Positions 60,081 through 64,000 of a DNA stretch of 64,000 nt are shown here, piece after piece. Position numbers and translations under genes: made by a program. The notes below the pieces were generated by a model, which saw only the letters and a program-made list of their open reading frames with translations, searched no databases and was not told the DNA's origin. The stretch spans positions 139,517 to 203,516 of the forward strand of contig CAXXFK010000007.1 of the NCBI GenBank assembly GCA_963663965.2, given 5' to 3'. Each line of letters opens with the position of its first letter. Position 1 is the first letter of the stretch. The stretch comes from Sedimentisphaerales bacterium. GTDB taxonomy: Bacteria > Planctomycetota > Phycisphaerae > Sedimentisphaerales > SM23-30.

Positions 60081-63000
60081 TCAATCTGGAAAGTATTCGT
60101 GGGAGAGCAAAGCGAAGTCGCAAAGATTAATCTGGTTGGAGGAATCGGAAAATAAGTCAAAGATGGAATTATAATTGGGGTGGCCGGGAATGGCCAGCCA
60201 GGCGGGGCAAAAGAGGGACAAATCTTGTTTATCCACATCGCCATCGTAATCAAAATCCGCGCTGGAAAGCGCGTTGTAGTTGAAGGTAATAATATGTGGC
60301 GACTGAACGGAGCCGGATGGAATAATCACCAGGATGATATCCTGGTCGGGAGATGGACCGGTTATACTGAAGGGTTGGGCGGATGGATTGGCTGTTATCT
60401 GAGTGAAGGCGGCCGGTTTGCCATCGACCAGAACGGTTTGGGGTGTATCGGGCCAGGCGTTTGAGAGGTGCAGGCGGATGGACCAGGCGCGGTTCCGGGG
60501 GGCTTGCGGCCAGGAATCACCCTGAGCGGGATGGATTTGCAGTGTGATTTTTTGTTGATCCGAATTCGTGGTGAGGCCAAAGCCGGTCTGGCGGCAGAGG
60601 CCCTGTTTGTAATCGTTACTGACGGTGTCATCTTCGTATAACGATGCTGAGGCGGCACCGTTTTGGGCGGGGTAGACATCCAGAACAATGGGATCCCAGG
60701 TTTGCTGAGCGGTGTACTGCATGTCCGGGGCCAGGGGGATAATCGAGCCGGCCTTGACGAAGAGAGGCATCTGGGTTAACGGTACCGAGCAGGTATAGTC
60801 GGTTGGACCGACGATTTCCTGGCCGGACCAGACATCAACCCACGGGCCTGGTGGAATCCAGAGCGATTTTCGGGTCCCTTCGACGGAAGCTTTCTGGTAG
60901 ATTAATTTACAGACGGCCTGGCCGGTCTTTTCGTAGTATTCGATACGAATGGGCAGGATCTGGCCTGGTGTATAAACAGCATCGGTCCAATAGGTGGTTT
61001 CGGCCTGATCCTGCCAGGCATCGATGACAATGGAATTGTTGAGCCAGACGCGGGCGCCATCATCAACCGTGATACCAAGTTTGATTTCTTCTTCGGCGCC
61101 AATAGTAATCGTTCCAGTCCAGCTGGCGCTGAACAGATCATTGGGGAGATTGTTGCCGGGATTACCGGAGCCCCAGTCGAAATTGACAGTGGAATCGGTA
61201 CGAACCAGGACCGGATTGCCATTGAATTCCATGCCGGCGTAATAACGGGCAGATAATCCGGATGAGCCATTGTGGGTCAGCCAGGCGGCGGGGACGGCCT
61301 GGTTGTCGGAATCGCCGCTATAGACGGGAGCCACCAGAATATCGTTGCCGAGCAGGTACTGGTAATCACTGGCGGCGGCGGGATAATCGGGATAATTGAG
61401 GTCGCAGCGTTTGAGGATAGGTTCGCCGGTATCGTAGTTTTGGCGCGCGGCGGTATAGTATACCGGCAGGAGCCGCATGCGCATCTGGACGAAGTCGCGG
61501 ACGACCTGTTCGGCGGGATCGTCGTAGGCCCAGGGATCGCGGGTCTGGCCACGTGAGCAATGCAGGCGGAAAATGGGAGAGAACGCGCCGAATTGAGCCC
61601 AGCGGCAGTATTGTTCGACGGTGAGGCTGCCCATATGGCCGCCCAGGTCAGTGCTGACGTAAGGGAAGGCAGCGAAAACACCGGGATAAACGGCGTTACG
61701 GATTTCGCGTGCGAGGGAGTCCCAGTCCTGGGTGGTATCGCCGGTCCATTGCATGGTATAGCGGTGCGAAGCCAGGTTGGGAGGGCCATTGAGATAGCCG
61801 TTGTCAATTCCATCGACATTGGCCATGATCAGTGGTCGGCGATCGGGATAATAATCCTGGGTGACCCAGTGGTAGAGGTACATGCCAAAGACTTCTTTAT
61901 TGATACCATCGGGCGGCCGGATGGCCGTGTGCCAGTTGCGATCGTACCACCAGAAGTCCAGGCCGATGTCGAACAGGCTTCGGAGGCCGGTGTTGCGATA
62001 TTCCACTTCGGCGGGATCGAGGGCGTTGGCCTGAGGCTCGGGATGGTCATTGAAGACGATGCGGGTATGGCGGTTGTGGGCCTCGGAGATAAATTGTTCC
62101 ATATCAGGGAAGAGTTCGGTATTGACACCGTAACCGTGCGACGCGCCGACACGCCAGTCGGTATCGACAACGAAAATATCCAGGGGAATATTTTTGCTGC
62201 GGTAGGTGTCGATTTTGGCGAGCGCTTCGGTTTGGGTATAAGGATAGTATCGGCTGTCCCAGCCCCCCAGGGCGTAGAGGGGGATCAGTTCGGTGCGGCC
62301 AGTGAGTTCGATGAAGTCGGAGCGCAACCGGCGGCTGTCGCCCTGAGGTAAAAAGACATAGATGTCGGGCGCGTTATTGCTCAGATCCCAGCCATTATTG
62401 GCTGTGCGCGCCGGATCGAGATTGTAGCCCCAGGCAGCCGGGACGTAGCGGGGGGTATCGGAGATGGCCCAGGACAGTGTTTCAGAGGCGGGATGGGGAG
62501 CCAGTATCGATTGTTTGACAGCAGATCTGATTCAGTATTGCCAACGGACCACATGGCGCTCCACCAGCCGGAAATAGGTGTACCGCCGGAATTAGTGGCG
62601 CTGGGGGGGGCGTGCTGGACAAAGCCGGTCAGATTTTCGATGTGGAGGTAATCGGGGCGATCGGAGAGGCGGTTGCGGAATCGCCGGTAACCGTCGACGG
62701 TTTCGAGGACCCAGTCGGCGCTGATCCAGTCGGGTTGAATTTCGGTACACTGAACATAGTCGTTATTGCCCTGCAGGTTCAGGTAATGGCCGGTGGCTTT
62801 ATTCACGATGCGGGTATAATCACCATTGGTTTTCAGGGTCCAATAGTAACTGGGATTATCCGGATTGGCTCCATAGGCCAGGTGGTCGCCGGCGTCGTAG
62901 AAATAGGCGTTGCCCCGATCGGTCCACCGGCATTTGATGGTGATATTGGATGACTGGGAGGTCATGGCCCAGAGTTCCTGACCAGCCGAATCGGTAATGA

Positions 63001-63325
63001 CAATATTGTTGAGTGAATTGGCGTTTTGCGGGATGGTGACGTGATAATAATCGGTTGTGATGCGGATGCGGCCACCGTCGGTTTCGCGCCGGGCCGCAAC
63101 GCCGGGCCATTGTCGCTGCATAATATGAAAAGAGGGACGATCTTCGAAGCCGTTGGGGCCTTTGAGTTCCAGCCGCACCAGGGTGGGTGAAAGGGGCTGG
63201 ACGCGGACGCTGCCAACGATGTGACCGGTCTGGGCAGGAAGCAATCCGGCCCATAACCAGAGAGCAGTCAGACAAAACGCCAGGTATCCTTTAGATAAAG
63301 GATTCATGTGATTATTAGCAGCCAT
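60081..63325 (-). pseudogene. Secreted GH31 glycosidase (ricin-like insert, GH31 barrel, PA14, DUF5110-like, dockerin-like tag) split by a -1 frameshift
   Basis: ORFs 62381-63325 and 60081-62327 join if one base is added to the G4 run at 62495-62498 (…YWLPHPASETLSWAISDTPRY…). GH31 motifs VVDTDW, WWYD, WTGD, DLGG, RWAQFG.FSPIFRLH; PA14 motif VDDGARVWLN. Confidence 0.85.
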
Positions 63326-63404
63326 GATAGATCGTCCTATTGTTGGGAAATAATATTTGAGCAGGGTGGGATAAGCGTGGAGTGAAGCGGGATTTTATGG
63401 ATAG

Positions 63405-63439
63405 AAAAAGAAAGGGCCCGGACGAATCTGTCCGGGCCC
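63405..63439 (-). terminator. Intrinsic terminator after the LamG gene
   Basis: GGGCCCGGAC / GTCCGGGCCC stem followed by TTTCTTTTT on the minus strand. Confidence 0.8.
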
Positions 63440-63449
63440 GGAGGAAGCA

Positions 63450-64000
63450 TTAATACAGTTGGCCAAAGTAGCGGTTGTCCAGCATCCATTGGGAAATGAA
63501 TTCAGACAGATCGCTGAGATCGACCACGCAATCCAGATTGTAGTCGTATTCGGGATAACCATACATGCAGACCGAGCCGCCAACTGTGGCGAGATACATG
63601 TCGGCGATTTCGAATTTGCTTAATGGATAGTTAAAGAACCGGACATCGTCAATCGAGCCATTGATGGAGTTGTTGAGCGGATCACGGCTGCCCATGTTGC
63701 CAATGCTAACCTGAAGCGCCGCTTTGGCTTTGGAGCCGGAGGTTGAGCCTGAGGCAACCAGCAGGCCATCGGCATACACTTCAACCGCGGTATTGTTATA
63801 AGTTACAGCGACTAAATGGTATTGGCCATTATTGAGGCCGCTACCGCCGGTAGTAGGACGCCAGTTGGCAGTATCCCATTCGCCATAGGTAACCTGGCCA
63901 TTCTGGACGCGGAACAACATGGCATCACGAGTGCCATCAGGCAGATCGTTGGTCCAGCCCCAGACATGACGATCGCCACTGCCGGTGGTTTTGGCCCAGG
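63450..64000 (-). CDS. 3' end of a LamG/concanavalin-like domain protein with C-terminal dockerin-like tag (partial)
   Basis: Frame open to the window edge; YHLVAVTY...YADG...GSIDDVRFFNYPL; tail YDYNLDCVVDLSDLSEFISQWM. Confidence 0.85.
   Translation of the reverse strand, partial: WAKTTGSGDRHVWGWTNDLPDGTRDAMLFRVQNGQVTYGEWDTANWRPTTGGSGLNNGQYHLVAVTYNNTAVEVYADGLLVASGSTSGSKAKAALQVSIGNMGSRDPLNNSINGSIDDVRFFNYPLSKFEIADMYLATVGGSVCMYGYPEYDYNLDCVVDLSDLSEFISQWMLDNRYFGQLY

Overview
A 64-kb bacterial chromosomal window, most consistent with an anaerobic Planctomycetota (Phycisphaerae/Sedimentisphaerales-like) genome. That taxonomy is inferred from gene content and C-terminal dockerin-like tags, not from a search. 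Housekeeping genes include lon, lysS-lolC/E-lolC/E-lolD, ilvE, a polyprenyl synthase, a yhaM-like HD nuclease, recQ and smpB. Secreted carbohydrate-active enzymes include a GH5-like enzyme, GH106, a heparinase II/III-like lyase, GH31 and a LamG protein. Other content: a 9-heme cytochrome with a dockerin-like tail; an eroded type I RM/AlbA-ATPase island with an intact 1,828-bp IS; an ECF sigma/anti-sigma pair whose promoter motif recurs in front of a minimal GspE/GspF/pseudopilin cluster; and a convergent trio of vWA genes. The most unusual signals are: (1) a dispersed non-coding element with three copies, built as sigma70 promoter, boxA-like site, GGGCC(G/T)CCCA box and short AC(G/A)AA(C/G)CCA repeats at conserved spacing; (2) a DUF4132 gene with an AT-rich N-terminal half, flanked by two paralogous ubiquitin-like small proteins, one ending in Gly-Gly and one lacking it; (3) a dockerin-like tag shared by a multiheme cytochrome and CAZymes. 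Two genes carry single-base frameshifts in 4-nt homopolymers, possibly sequencing errors. No rRNA, tRNA or CRISPR array was recognised. All family assignments come from motif recognition by eye.
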